64,000 nucleotides of DNA, taken from the NCBI GenBank assembly GCA_904381285.1, contig CAJFII010000006.1:5801-69800 (forward strand), read 5' to 3'. Position numbers and translations under genes: made by a program. The stretch comes from an uncultured Clostridia bacterium (lineage in GTDB: Bacteria; Bacillota; Clostridia; TANB77; CAG-508). Under the pieces are notes generated by a model. That model saw only the letters and a program-made list of their open reading frames with translations, ran no database searches and was not told where the DNA came from. This document shows, piece by piece, positions 47,428 to 57,806 of this stretch. How positions within the stretch are numbered: the stretch's first letter is position 1; the number at the start of each line of letters is the position of its first letter.

Positions 47428-50400
47428 TTATTTTACTACTCTATTTTCTTTTATTCCATAGTTGATATAGTGTAAGTAATATTGCATATAATTATTCCCA
47501 TACGCCTTTTTTAAATCCTCATTCTTAGATTTATAAACAGTAACCTTAAATGTATCACTACCATTTCTTCCTTCTTTCATTCCGTAACAAACAAAATGTT
47601 GTAGAGCTTTTGAATAATTTTTACCAAATGCTTTTTTTATGTCAGAATAATTATTTAAATAATAATTAACGTCAAAATAATTAGAACCTCTTCTACCTTC
47701 ATTAATTCCATAATTAACAAAATGTTCATATGCTTTTTGATAGTTGTTTCCAAATGCCGCTTTTATATCTGGGTATCTCTCTATATAATATCTCGCATTA
47801 AATATTAGGGAAGCCACTCTACCTTCTTTTATTCCTGTATTTATCCAATGTTGTTGCAATTTTGTTGTATTATTACCATAAACATAATTCAAATCAGCAT
47901 TTACATTTCTATATGTTGTAGCGTCAAATGTATAATTCTTAATACTAATTGGTGTTAAGTCTATAACATCTGTTGCTTTTCTTTTTTCGCTTTTACCAGC
48001 AACTATATAGTGCCACATTAGTTTGTATGACGAAAATTGACTTAAATCTCCATAGTGATCCCTATAATATGCACCCGAATATTCACTTGATGTAGGTCTA
48101 AATTCATCGTATCCATAATAAATAAAATGATTGTATGCTGCAACATAATTGTTTCCGTATGTTTTCTTTATGTCAGGATTGTTGTATACATAATATTTTG
48201 GACTAAAAGCTGGTGACGCTTGTCTACCTTCTTTGATGCCAGCATTTAGCCAATGACTCTTTAACTTTGACGCATCATATCCATATGCTTGTTTTAAATC
48301 TGGATATTTATCTGCATAATATTTATAATCAAATATTAGGTTTGCAACATCCTGCGCTGTTGGAAGTTCAAATTTCATATCAAAGAAATTTACCGTATAT
48401 TTATATATAACATTGTTTTGGTTTTTATCTTTTAACCCTAATACTTCTACTTGTATTTGTGTTCCACCAGGTATATTACTAGCATCATTTCCTAGTAATT
48501 TTCTTAACTCTGTTGGCATTTTAAAACTTAATACTGGATATCCGCTTTCAAATAAAAGACCTGTTCCATTATATTGTTTTCCCTTATAAGTAAATTTAAC
48601 ATTTACTGTTCCTGTTAAATCTTCATTTAAATATATTGACCAATACTCTCCAATTTTCATTTCTGTATTTGGAAAATATCCTGCTGAAGGGAAAGCATAG
48701 TACTTTTGTTCACCCTTTTTATTATAATCATAATATACAGAAGCTGTAGTATATTCTTCGCATTGTCCAAAACTAATAGCTGTTGCTTTTGGATCTAGCA
48801 TACTTTGTCTGTGTCCTGTTGCACTTCCACTTGATACATTGTTTAAATCACTGATAAATCCTCTTATAGCTTGATATGGTATTCTATCTCCATAAGATAC
48901 ATTTCCTGAATATGTGTCTCCTTCTGCGCCACTTGCTCCACATCCATCATATGCTTCATTGTAAAAATCTGTTGGCATATCACTTGGTTGTTTTGGATAA
49001 TGGCTTATCGTTCCATTTGCTTTACTAATTACTGCACCCTTTTGGTTTCTATCCATTTTATTAGAGTTTAATCCGATTTCATCTACTCCAACCAGCCATC
49101 TATTATAGTTTAAAGTATTTAATGTATCAGTTACAACTTGATCCTTTAAACTACCTGCTTTATATGGATTTTTCCATGATGGTGTTTCTTTATAAATAGA
49201 TGTATTATAATTATATTTTGGTGCTGTTTGTTTATATTTATTCACTATATCTTGTATTGAATGTGTTGTAGATATATGATCTGTATATATTTTATCTACT
49301 ATATTATGAAAATTACTATTATCTAACTTTATTTGTATAATATTATAGGTCCAAGTTTTATAGCATAGTAAAATGCTATTTTCAAAGTAGCCCATAGTGC
49401 ATATATTTCCATAGTTTGCTACACCTTGTGTATTATAGTCGGCTACTCCTGTTGTTAAATATTTACTAACCTTAAATGTTGTTCCGTTTACCAAATATAT
49501 ATTATTATTACTTCCCATTAAATATATATCGTTACCATTTTTACATACATTAGGATATTCTGGATGATAAAAAGTATAATCTTCTACACCTGATGCTAAA
49601 TCTAATATTACTTCTCTATCTACTCCGATTGTATTATTTGCATTATAGTTAAATTTCACAATTCGGCCATATTGATCTGCTGCATATGTACCTGCACTAT
49701 CTAAGAAATACCATCTAGGATTATATGAGTAGACATTTGGAAATGTTCTACCATAAACTGTATAATCTTCTTTATTTACAAATACACCATTATTATCTAG
49801 TTTTTGTATTCCTTCATAAACACTTTGATAGTAATCATATCCATCCCATGTATTTGCCATTACCTCAAAAAATAGTGCTTTATTATTAGGGCTTACTCCT
49901 TTAAAGAAATTTATATACCCTGTACTTGCATCTAATGGTGCATGGTCAAATAATAGTTTTCCTGTTTTATCAAATATTCTTGTTCCTGTAGATTTATATA
50001 CGAAATAAAATCTTTGATTTCCATCTACAGCAAAACTTGGTAAATATCCACAATCTTGTGGCGTATTAAATGAACCTGTATATACAACTTTGTTTGTTTT
50101 TATATTAATTCCCACAATGTGACTCGTTGGATATTCTGTTAACCAAGGATTACTTGTTTTATAATTATTAACATATAATATATAAACTATATTATCCCTT
50201 AAGCAATATGTAACATAATGCGAACTATCCGCTTCATTACTTTTGTATATTTCAGTATTTGTTTTTTTCATAATGTCATACTTATAAACGGCAAAATATA
50301 CTTTTGTAGATGTATTATATGGCTTTACATTCCATATATATCCACTTCCATCTACACCATCTAATACTTTATTAGATGATGGTATATTTGTACTCGATTC

Positions 50401-50661
50401 TGTTTGTGTAGACAATGTTGCTTCTTTTTGTTTGTCTTTTTCTAGTAATTCTTTTAGCTTTGTATCGCTTGCTGCTGATTTTGTTTTATTTTGCTCTTCT
50501 TTATCTTTTAAAAGATCTTCTAGCAAAAATGTTTCTTTTCCTTCTTCCATTTCTGTATTGGCTGTTTTGTCATTATTTTCTGAAGCATAAACACTATTAA
50601 TTCCCAGTACTGAAATAAAAACAAACATCATTATAATAAGAAAAAAGCTTTTCTTTTTCAC
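47428..50661 (-). CDS. large secreted protein: signal peptide, beta-rich region, CAP/SCP-like domain, seven C-terminal repeats of about 42 aa
   Basis: GTG start with an AGGGGGGA Shine-Dalgarno. Signal peptide MKKKSFFLIIMMFVFISVLGINSVYA. CAP-like segment ...SATGHRQSMLDP... The repeats are described in findings. Confidence 0.8.
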   Translation of the reverse strand: MKKKSFFLIIMMFVFISVLGINSVYASENNDKTANTEMEEGKETFLLEDLLKDKEEQNKTKSAASDTKLKELLEKDKQKEATLSTQTESSTNIPSSNKVLDGVDGSGYIWNVKPYNTSTKVYFAVYKYDIMKKTNTEIYKSNEADSSHYVTYCLRDNIVYILYVNNYKTSNPWLTEYPTSHIVGINIKTNKVVYTGSFNTPQDCGYLPSFAVDGNQRFYFVYKSTGTRIFDKTGKLLFDHAPLDASTGYINFFKGVSPNNKALFFEVMANTWDGYDYYQSVYEGIQKLDNNGVFVNKEDYTVYGRTFPNVYSYNPRWYFLDSAGTYAADQYGRIVKFNYNANNTIGVDREVILDLASGVEDYTFYHPEYPNVCKNGNDIYLMGSNNNIYLVNGTTFKVSKYLTTGVADYNTQGVANYGNICTMGYFENSILLCYKTWTYNIIQIKLDNSNFHNIVDKIYTDHISTTHSIQDIVNKYKQTAPKYNYNTSIYKETPSWKNPYKAGSLKDQVVTDTLNTLNYNRWLVGVDEIGLNSNKMDRNQKGAVISKANGTISHYPKQPSDMPTDFYNEAYDGCGASGAEGDTYSGNVSYGDRIPYQAIRGFISDLNNVSSGSATGHRQSMLDPKATAISFGQCEEYTTASVYYDYNKKGEQKYYAFPSAGYFPNTEMKIGEYWSIYLNEDLTGTVNVKFTYKGKQYNGTGLLFESGYPVLSFKMPTELRKLLGNDASNIPGGTQIQVEVLGLKDKNQNNVIYKYTVNFFDMKFELPTAQDVANLIFDYKYYADKYPDLKQAYGYDASKLKSHWLNAGIKEGRQASPAFSPKYYVYNNPDIKKTYGNNYVAAYNHFIYYGYDEFRPTSSEYSGAYYRDHYGDLSQFSSYKLMWHYIVAGKSEKRKATDVIDLTPISIKNYTFDATTYRNVNADLNYVYGNNTTKLQQHWINTGIKEGRVASLIFNARYYIERYPDIKAAFGNNYQKAYEHFVNYGINEGRRGSNYFDVNYYLNNYSDIKKAFGKNYSKALQHFVCYGMKEGRNGSDTFKVTVYKSKNEDLKKAYGNNYMQYYLHYINYGIKENRVVK
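47431..48333 (-). repeat. seven tandem protein repeats of about 42 aa (F-x3-YY-x3-[YN]PD[IL]K-x2-[YF]G-NNY-x3-[YL]-x-H[FWY]-x3-G-x2-EGR)
   Basis: Repeat boundaries were counted in the translated C-terminus (301 aa). The DNA copies are diverged. Confidence 0.8.
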
Positions 50662-50818
50662 TATAATCCCCCCTTGCTTATTCTAGTAGCATTATATTAC
50701 ATAATCGGGTTATGTTCAAGCTTTTTTCACGTTTTGTTCATATTTTATTCATAAATATAGTCAGGTTTTTATAAAGTATATAATGTTATAATTTGATTTT
50801 CTTATATTTTTTAAAATA

Positions 50819-52186
50819 TTATTTAATATAATACACATTAAATTTCATAGAACCATCTATATCACCTGAAAATTTTTGCTCAACTGAAGAATTATCAATT
50901 ATTTCTTCCACTTTTTCTAGCGTTTTTTGTGTAAAAACGTATCCTTTTGTATCTTTATCGATTATAGTACACTTTAAATTATAATTAGGCAAATAGTATG
51001 GCAATGTATAGTACACATCTTTTAAATCTGTTACAATGTTTTCTTGTATTTCTATATTTTTAGAAAATTCTTTAAAATCCTCTGTTCCATTTTTATATTC
51101 CCTAATATATGCATTATTATAAGAAAAAGGAAAATTCAATATAATTACTGAAACAAATATACTTAATAACAATTTTCCATATTCAATTTTTGCAATTCCA
51201 ATGCTAATACCTAAAAATAGCAGTCCTACTCCAACATACATATATCTATGAACAAAAACTGGTCTAAGTATAATCGATACTAAACATCCTGTTGTTACCA
51301 TTAATATAAACGATGTAATACATAATATTGCAAACCAAATTTCATTATCTTTTCTATTTACTCTAATATGCATAATCATTCCTACTATAGTTGCAATACA
51401 TGTTATTAAAAATATATTTGTAAATTTCCCATCAAATAAATATTGAATAATAGATAATATAGTATTAGCATCAAATACTTGTAACCACCAATGATCTTTT
51501 ACTATCAAAAACTGCTTTATAAATATAGGTATCCAAGGTAGATATAATGCAAATGTAATTCCTATTATTACTAAAACTTCTTTCCATGCCTTATATTTTC
51601 TTATCAAATTAACTATTAGAAATAAATATATAAAGCATTCTGTTAAAGCTGCATAATAGTGTGTATACGCCGCACATATACTTGTCAAAACAAATAATAT
51701 TAGATTTTTTCTGCTTTTCGGCTTATTATATAATTCATATGCATATATTCCACTACATGTCACAAAAAACATTGCCCATGTGTACATTCTTAATTCTATA
51801 TTTTGTATAAAAGCTACTGGAAAAAAACCTATTAGCAAAATAAAAAGTATAGAAATTTTAAAATATTTTTCTTTAAATATCTTTTTCGATTTTAATGCTA
51901 CAAATATCATTATTAAAATTACCGGTATTATTGATACAATTTTTACTATTGGCACAGAATATCCAAATATCATTGTAAAAATTTTGACTATTATGTAGTA
52001 TAATGGTGGATGCACATCTTCTGCTGTAGAACTTATTATTTCATCAATATTTCCTCTTATCATATCCATCGTGTACGCTTCATCTTGCCATACAGAATCA
52101 TTAAAAATTAAACTAATATTTACGCAGGCAAATATTATAATAAGTATCATAATAATTGCATCTTTATTGTTTATTTTTTTCAACAT
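50819..52186 (-). CDS. GT-C fold membrane glycosyltransferase (GT39/ArnT/PMT-like)
   Basis: Polytopic membrane protein with the first-loop motif WQDEAYT. The start is uncertain (ATG at 52186 or 52204; the ORF track TTG at 52219). Confidence 0.7.
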   Translation of the reverse strand: MLKKINNKDAIIMILIIIFACVNISLIFNDSVWQDEAYTMDMIRGNIDEIISSTAEDVHPPLYYIIVKIFTMIFGYSVPIVKIVSIIPVILIMIFVALKSKKIFKEKYFKISILFILLIGFFPVAFIQNIELRMYTWAMFFVTCSGIYAYELYNKPKSRKNLILFVLTSICAAYTHYYAALTECFIYLFLIVNLIRKYKAWKEVLVIIGITFALYLPWIPIFIKQFLIVKDHWWLQVFDANTILSIIQYLFDGKFTNIFLITCIATIVGMIMHIRVNRKDNEIWFAILCITSFILMVTTGCLVSIILRPVFVHRYMYVGVGLLFLGISIGIAKIEYGKLLLSIFVSVIILNFPFSYNNAYIREYKNGTEDFKEFSKNIEIQENIVTDLKDVYYTLPYYLPNYNLKCTIIDKDTKGYVFTQKTLEKVEEIIDNSSVEQKFSGDIDGSMKFNVYYIK

Positions 52187-52286
52187 ATATCTCTCTACTT
52201 TCATTATAAATTTATACAATTTTATAGTATGTAAATTATATTGTCAATATTAAAAGATGTCCACTTAAATGAACATCTTCTTTCTT

Positions 52287-53354
52287 TTATTTACTATATC
52301 CTGTCTTCTTTACAATTTTATCACTAATTTCTTTTACTGTATCAGATACTTCATATCCTTCTTGTCCATATACTTTTTCATGCAATTCTTTTACATTTGA
52401 CTCTAATGTCACTGGTGGTCCATACCATACTCCATTAATTGTTGCACCTTTTGTGTCATATGGCCAACCTGTACTATCTGTTATTTTGTAACTTACAAGT
52501 TGTGGTATTAGTGATAATATTTCACCTGAATTTATGTTTGTATAAACTTTAGGAAGAAGAGTATCTGCAAGAGAATTTAATTTTGTTATGCTCATTCTCT
52601 TAGCCTTGTCTACTACAGCCATTAATACATCTCTCATTCTTTCTGTTCTTTTATAATCTCCTCCTGATGTATATCTAATTCTTCCATAAGCTAATGCTTG
52701 TGTTCCATTTAAAGTTTGTGTTCCTGCACTTGTTACATGTGATGATGGTTTTCCTGTTACTTTAACTATTTCATCTATATATCCATTTATATATTTTAAT
52801 TCTGCATCTGTTACATTAATACTTACTCCACCCACAGCATCTACTATATCAACTACTGATTCAAAATTTACTGTAACAAATTCTGTTATATTCAAGTCTA
52901 AGTTTGTATTTAATGTACTCATTGCAAGTGCAGCACCACCGTAAGAATATGCATGTGTTACTTTATCTAATCCTCTTCCTGTTAACTCCAAATATGTATC
53001 CCTATATACTGAAGTTAACTTTACTTCTTTTGTACTTTCGTCTATTGTTGCAAGAATTATACAATCGCTTCTTGTTCCTTTTTCTAATTGATTACTTCTA
53101 CTATCTACTCCAAAAATTGCTATGGTTCTATAGCCATTCATTTTTTCATCTATACCTTCATTTACTTCTATATCATCTGAAGATATATCTACATAATTTA
53201 CTTTTCCAAGTTTATCTTGAATGTACCAAAATCCAATTCCAGCACCCATTCCAAGTAATATTACAAGGATTATCACTATTATTAGTATTACTTTTCCTAC
53301 AACACTTTTCTTTTTTTTCTTATTTGTGTTTTTTTCATTATTTCTATTTTCCAT
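52287..53354 (-). CDS. LytR-CpsA-Psr (LCP) family protein (second copy)
   Basis: TM anchor followed by IAIFGVDSR...RSDCIILATID...SVYRD. Confidence 0.85.
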   Translation of the reverse strand: MENRNNEKNTNKKKKKSVVGKVILIIVIILVILLGMGAGIGFWYIQDKLGKVNYVDISSDDIEVNEGIDEKMNGYRTIAIFGVDSRSNQLEKGTRSDCIILATIDESTKEVKLTSVYRDTYLELTGRGLDKVTHAYSYGGAALAMSTLNTNLDLNITEFVTVNFESVVDIVDAVGGVSINVTDAELKYINGYIDEIVKVTGKPSSHVTSAGTQTLNGTQALAYGRIRYTSGGDYKRTERMRDVLMAVVDKAKRMSITKLNSLADTLLPKVYTNINSGEILSLIPQLVSYKITDSTGWPYDTKGATINGVWYGPPVTLESNVKELHEKVYGQEGYEVSDTVKEISDKIVKKTGYSK

Positions 53355-53428
53355 TTTCATTCCTTCTTTCGCACTTTTTTGTATTATATATTTTTATTCA
53401 ATATTTTTCAACAAATAAATCTATTTTT

Positions 53429-55144
53429 TTACATTTTTTCTGGCATTTTTATTCCTAATAGATTTGCTGCATTTTTTAAAACTATGTTAGTAGCATATGT
53501 TAAATATATTCTTGCATCTTGTGTTTTTTTGTTTTCTACTATAATTTTATTATCATTATAGAATGTTGAAAATGCTTTTGATAAATCTATTAAATATCTT
53601 GCCAATATTGATGGTTCATTCTTTTTAGTAGCTGATATTAAAATATCGGTATATGAATATATAAGTTTTACAATATTTATAGCATCTTCGTTTAGTAATT
53701 CTTTAAAATCTATTTCTTCTAACTCTGGTATTTTATTTACTTTCTTTAATATGCTATTCGTACGTACATATGTATATTGTATGTATGGACCTGTTTCACC
53801 ATTAAAATTTAATACTGTATCCCAATCAAATATCTCATCTTTTATTCTACTTCCCGATAAATCGTTAAACACTACAGCTCCAATTCCAACTTTAGTTGAT
53901 ATATCTTCTTTTTCTTCTTTCGTTAATTCTGGATTTTTCTCTTCTATAATTTCTTTTACCCTTGAAATTGATTCATTTAATAAGTCTTCTACCTTTATTA
54001 CTTTTCCTTCTCTTGTAGACATTTTACCATCTTTTAAATGTACCATTCCATATGACACATGTTCTAAACCTTTTTGACATTTTTCACTTATTCCTAATAA
54101 TTTTGCTACTTCAAATACTTGTTTAAAGTGTAAGTTTTGTTCATATGCAACTACATATAAGCATTTATCAAAATCATATGTTCTTGCTCTATATAGTATT
54201 GCTGCTAAATCACGTGTTGCATATATTGTAGAACCATTCGATTTACAAATTATACATGGTGGCATTTTTTTATCTTCTAGGTCTATTATTTTTGCTCCAT
54301 TTGATTCTATTAGTTTTCCTGTTTTTTCTAGTATTTCTATTACTTCATCTGTTTTATCTGAATAAAACGCTTCTCCATTTAATGAGTCAAATTTTACATC
54401 TAGCAAATCATATATTCTATAAAATTCTTTTAAACTTAAATCTCTAAATTTTTTCCAAAGTTCTACGCAATATTGGTCTCCCTCTTCTAATTTTTTAAAA
54501 TTTTCTCTACAGTCTTCTAAAACACTTTCATCAGATTTACAAAGCTCATTTATTCTAACATATATTTTTGTTAATTCCTCTATTGGGTTATCTTCTATAT
54601 TATATTCTTGTCCCCATCTTTTATAACCTTCTATCATTTTTCCAAATTGTGTACCATAATCACCTAAATGATTTATACCTATTGTATTATATCCTAAATA
54701 TTTGTATATATCATATAAAGCTTTTCCAATTAATGTAGTTCTTAAATGTCCTATATGAAATGGTTTAGCAATATTAGGAGAAGAATATTCTACTATTATT
54801 GTTTTATTTTTTCCTATGTCAGATTTTCCATATTCATCTTTTTTCAATTCTATTTCTTTTAAAACTTCTTGTATAATTTTTATTTTTGATATCGTAAAAT
54901 TTAAATACCCACCTAATATTTCTATTTTTTCTATATCAGTCCCTGTAGTATTTATTTTTTCTTTTATATCTTGTGCAATAATTTGTGGTGATTTTTTTAA
55001 CTCCTTTGCTAGCTTAAAACATGGGAAAGCATAATCTCCCATCTTGCTATCTTTAGGAACTTCTATATATTCATAAATTTCTTCTTTATCAATTTCCATT
55101 GCTTCACTTATTTTATTTGCTATTTCTTGTTTAAAATTTTTCAT
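53429..55144 (-). CDS. argS: arginine--tRNA ligase
   Basis: HIGH motif PFHIGHLR, class I architecture, and a C-terminal DALR-type anticodon-binding domain. The ATG at 55144 follows an AAAGGTG Shine-Dalgarno. Confidence 0.95.
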   Translation of the reverse strand: MKNFKQEIANKISEAMEIDKEEIYEYIEVPKDSKMGDYAFPCFKLAKELKKSPQIIAQDIKEKINTTGTDIEKIEILGGYLNFTISKIKIIQEVLKEIELKKDEYGKSDIGKNKTIIVEYSSPNIAKPFHIGHLRTTLIGKALYDIYKYLGYNTIGINHLGDYGTQFGKMIEGYKRWGQEYNIEDNPIEELTKIYVRINELCKSDESVLEDCRENFKKLEEGDQYCVELWKKFRDLSLKEFYRIYDLLDVKFDSLNGEAFYSDKTDEVIEILEKTGKLIESNGAKIIDLEDKKMPPCIICKSNGSTIYATRDLAAILYRARTYDFDKCLYVVAYEQNLHFKQVFEVAKLLGISEKCQKGLEHVSYGMVHLKDGKMSTREGKVIKVEDLLNESISRVKEIIEEKNPELTKEEKEDISTKVGIGAVVFNDLSGSRIKDEIFDWDTVLNFNGETGPYIQYTYVRTNSILKKVNKIPELEEIDFKELLNEDAINIVKLIYSYTDILISATKKNEPSILARYLIDLSKAFSTFYNDNKIIVENKKTQDARIYLTYATNIVLKNAANLLGIKMPEKM

Positions 55145-55200
55145 TATTTTCACCTTTCTAATTAAAATGTCATTTTATAACTATGTTCTATATTATATCA

Positions 55201-55241
55201 AAAAGAGTACAAAAACTAAAGTATTTTTGTACTCTTTTTTT
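55201..55241. terminator. bidirectional-looking terminator after the 55261-55950 gene
   Basis: AAAAGAGTACAAAAA / TTTTTGTACTCTTTT 15-bp stem. Confidence 0.7.
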
Positions 55242-55260
55242 AATTTGTATTATTTTCTTG

Positions 55261-55950
55261 TTAAATATATATTCCTAAATAATATAAAACTAGTGAAATT
55301 ACATAGTAAATTGCATATATTATAACAAATTTCTTTATAAATTTAGAATTTTGTTCTTCTCCAAATAAAGCTTTTACTGAAAAATATGTTAATACTATAC
55401 TAATTACTGAACAAAAACTTGAAAATCTACTTGTTAATGGACTTGCATTTGAACTAATTAATGTTAATAAACTAACTACTGAAGCAAGTACAACTGGTAT
55501 TTTAGCAACTGTTATTGATGATATAGTTGTCATCAATGATTTTTTTGATTTTTTATTCATTAAATATACTGTTATTGATAATGCAAGAACACTTAAAACA
55601 GGTGCAATAACAGTTTTTATTAGTCCTAACATTTTAGAACCCCAATTTATAGTCCAAAATCTGCTTAATGCTATTGATAAAGCTGAATCTAAAAATTCTG
55701 CTGCTACCCATATTATAAGGAATATTATAGCAGTTTTAAATGCTTTATTAGTAGTTTCATCTGCTATTTCTTTTATTGTAGCAAATGGATCTTTAAACAT
55801 TGATGTTACAAAGCCTGTTGCTTCTTTTGCATCATTCTTTATGTCTACATTTTTAATTGTTTCTTTTACTTGATTTACTGTTTCTACTGTTTCTTTTTTC
55901 AAGTTTTCTGTATCAAGTGTTTGATCTTGGTTTTTGTTTTCTTCTCCCAT
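55261..55950 (-). CDS. Yip1-like multi-pass membrane protein
   Basis: Acidic N-terminal tail followed by about 5 TM segments. The family call is tentative. Confidence 0.45.
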   Translation of the reverse strand: MGEENKNQDQTLDTENLKKETVETVNQVKETIKNVDIKNDAKEATGFVTSMFKDPFATIKEIADETTNKAFKTAIIFLIIWVAAEFLDSALSIALSRFWTINWGSKMLGLIKTVIAPVLSVLALSITVYLMNKKSKKSLMTTISSITVAKIPVVLASVVSLLTLISSNASPLTSRFSSFCSVISIVLTYFSVKALFGEEQNSKFIKKFVIIYAIYYVISLVLYYLGIYI

Positions 55951-56054
55951 AACTAATCTCCTTTTACTTTCATATTTTATTATATTTATATGCTTAGTAT
56001 AAACTAAATATTAAACTTTGTCTACATATTTCCCACAATTTTAATACAAAAAAA

Positions 56055-57191
56055 CTAATCTCCTAGACATATTCCTATGCTTCTTGCTGTTTTTACTAAA
56101 TCATGATCCATATTTACTTTTCTAATATTACTTTCAGCTGTATTTCCAGAAACTGCTCCTATTTTTTTATTATTTCCAACTACATCTTCTAATGAAACTT
56201 CATCTAGTCTTCCATCCTTTATTACAGCAAGAACTCCAAACTTTCCTTCTAATGCAAGTTGCATAGCTTTTGCTCCATATTTTGTAGATAAAACTCTATC
56301 AAATGCTGTAGGTGTTCCTCCTCTTTGCATATATCCTAATGTTGTACTTCTAGCTTCTAGACCTGTAAGTTTTTCCAATTCTTTAGCTACGCGAACTCCT
56401 GCACCTCCAAGTTTTGTATTGTCTACGCCTGCGCCATTATCTCTAGTTGCTTCAATTGACATTGTTCCATCTTTTGGTGCTGCACCTTCTGCTACTACTA
56501 CTATACTAAATCTTTTTCCTTTTCTTACTCTTTCCATTACTTTTTCTGCAGCTTTATTAATATCATATGGTATTTCTGGAATTAATGCTATGTCACCTCC
56601 ACCAGCTATTGCCGATTCTAATGCAATCCATCCTGCATATCTTCCCATTACTTCCAATACCATTATTCTGTGATGTGTTTCTCCTGTAGTATGAAGTCTA
56701 TCTATTGCCTCTGCTGCGACTGAAACAGCTGTATTGTATCCAAAAGTTATTTCTGTACATGCAACATCATTATCTATTGTTTTAGGAACACCTATTATAT
56801 TTACTCCTTTAAGTGATAAATCTCTTGCTGATTTTTGAGTTCCATCTCCTCCTAATGTAAATAAGCATTCAAACCCATCATCTTTAATATTTTGTACACA
56901 TTGGTCTGATAAGTCTTTATATACTACTTGTCCGTTTTCTTCTACTTTATAATTAAATACATTTGCATTTGTTGAAGATCCAATTATAGATCCACCTTTT
57001 GGAAGAATTCCAGAAGCAGTATTGTAAGTATCTAATTTTATATAATCATTGTTAACTAATCCCCTGTATCCATCTATAAATCCATAACATTCTACATCAT
57101 TTTGTTCTGCTGTTTTTACTATTGCACGTATAACAGCATTAAATCCTGAAACATCTCCTCCATTTGCTAATATTGCAACTTTTTTTAACAT
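56055..57191 (-). CDS. pfkA: ATP-dependent 6-phosphofructokinase
   Basis: ANGGDVSGFNA, LGGDGT, KTIDNDV and VMGRYAGW motifs. GGDG (rather than GGDD) suggests ATP dependence. Confidence 0.9.
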   Translation of the reverse strand: MLKKVAILANGGDVSGFNAVIRAIVKTAEQNDVECYGFIDGYRGLVNNDYIKLDTYNTASGILPKGGSIIGSSTNANVFNYKVEENGQVVYKDLSDQCVQNIKDDGFECLFTLGGDGTQKSARDLSLKGVNIIGVPKTIDNDVACTEITFGYNTAVSVAAEAIDRLHTTGETHHRIMVLEVMGRYAGWIALESAIAGGGDIALIPEIPYDINKAAEKVMERVRKGKRFSIVVVAEGAAPKDGTMSIEATRDNGAGVDNTKLGGAGVRVAKELEKLTGLEARSTTLGYMQRGGTPTAFDRVLSTKYGAKAMQLALEGKFGVLAVIKDGRLDEVSLEDVVGNNKKIGAVSGNTAESNIRKVNMDHDLVKTARSIGICLGD

Positions 57192-57303
57192 ATATCACAC
57201 ATCTCCTTTTTGAAACTTTTACAACAATATTATTATATCAATAAAATAAAGATTTACAATAGTTTTTGTTATTTTTTTATATTGTTTCTTTTTTTGTTAT
57301 AAT

Positions 57304-57657
57304 TTATATATTGTCAATTCCTCCATCTATTTCATATAAATTATTATATCCAAGTTTTTCAAGTATTTTTATTGCCTTTTTACTTCTTGCTCCAGTTTGA
57401 CAATATAATATAATCATTTGATTTTTGTTTTCTATAATATCAGGAATCTTTTTTTGTATTTCATAACTTGGTATACAAATTGCAGAATTCAAATGATATT
57501 CATTATATTCTTGAATACTTCTTACATCAATTAATATAGCTGTTGGATTATCTTTTAACAAATCTTTTGCCTTAACATATGTTATAGAATTTTCACATCT
57601 AGAAAATTGTTTTTTTATAGCTGTTTTTATTTTTTTCTTTAAACTACTTATCTTCAT
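57304..57657 (-). CDS. rhodanese-like domain protein
   Basis: Active-site loop CQTGARS in a 117-aa single-domain protein. Confidence 0.85.
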   Translation of the reverse strand: MKISSLKKKIKTAIKKQFSRCENSITYVKAKDLLKDNPTAILIDVRSIQEYNEYHLNSAICIPSYEIQKKIPDIIENKNQMIILYCQTGARSKKAIKILEKLGYNNLYEIDGGIDNI

Positions 57658-57737
57658 ATTAATATATAATCCAATTTTTTATAATTAGATTACTACTCCT
57701 TTCATTTTTTATTGTTATACTAATCCATTTCCTATTG

Positions 57738-57786
57738 AAAAAAAGATAGATTTCTAATATATAATATTAAAAATCTATCTTTTTTG
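57738..57786. terminator. terminator after the TIGR00266-family gene
   Basis: AAAAAGATAGATTT / AAATCTATCTTTTT stem. Confidence 0.7.
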
Positions 57787-57806
57787 TTAATCAATTATTT
57801 GTTTAC

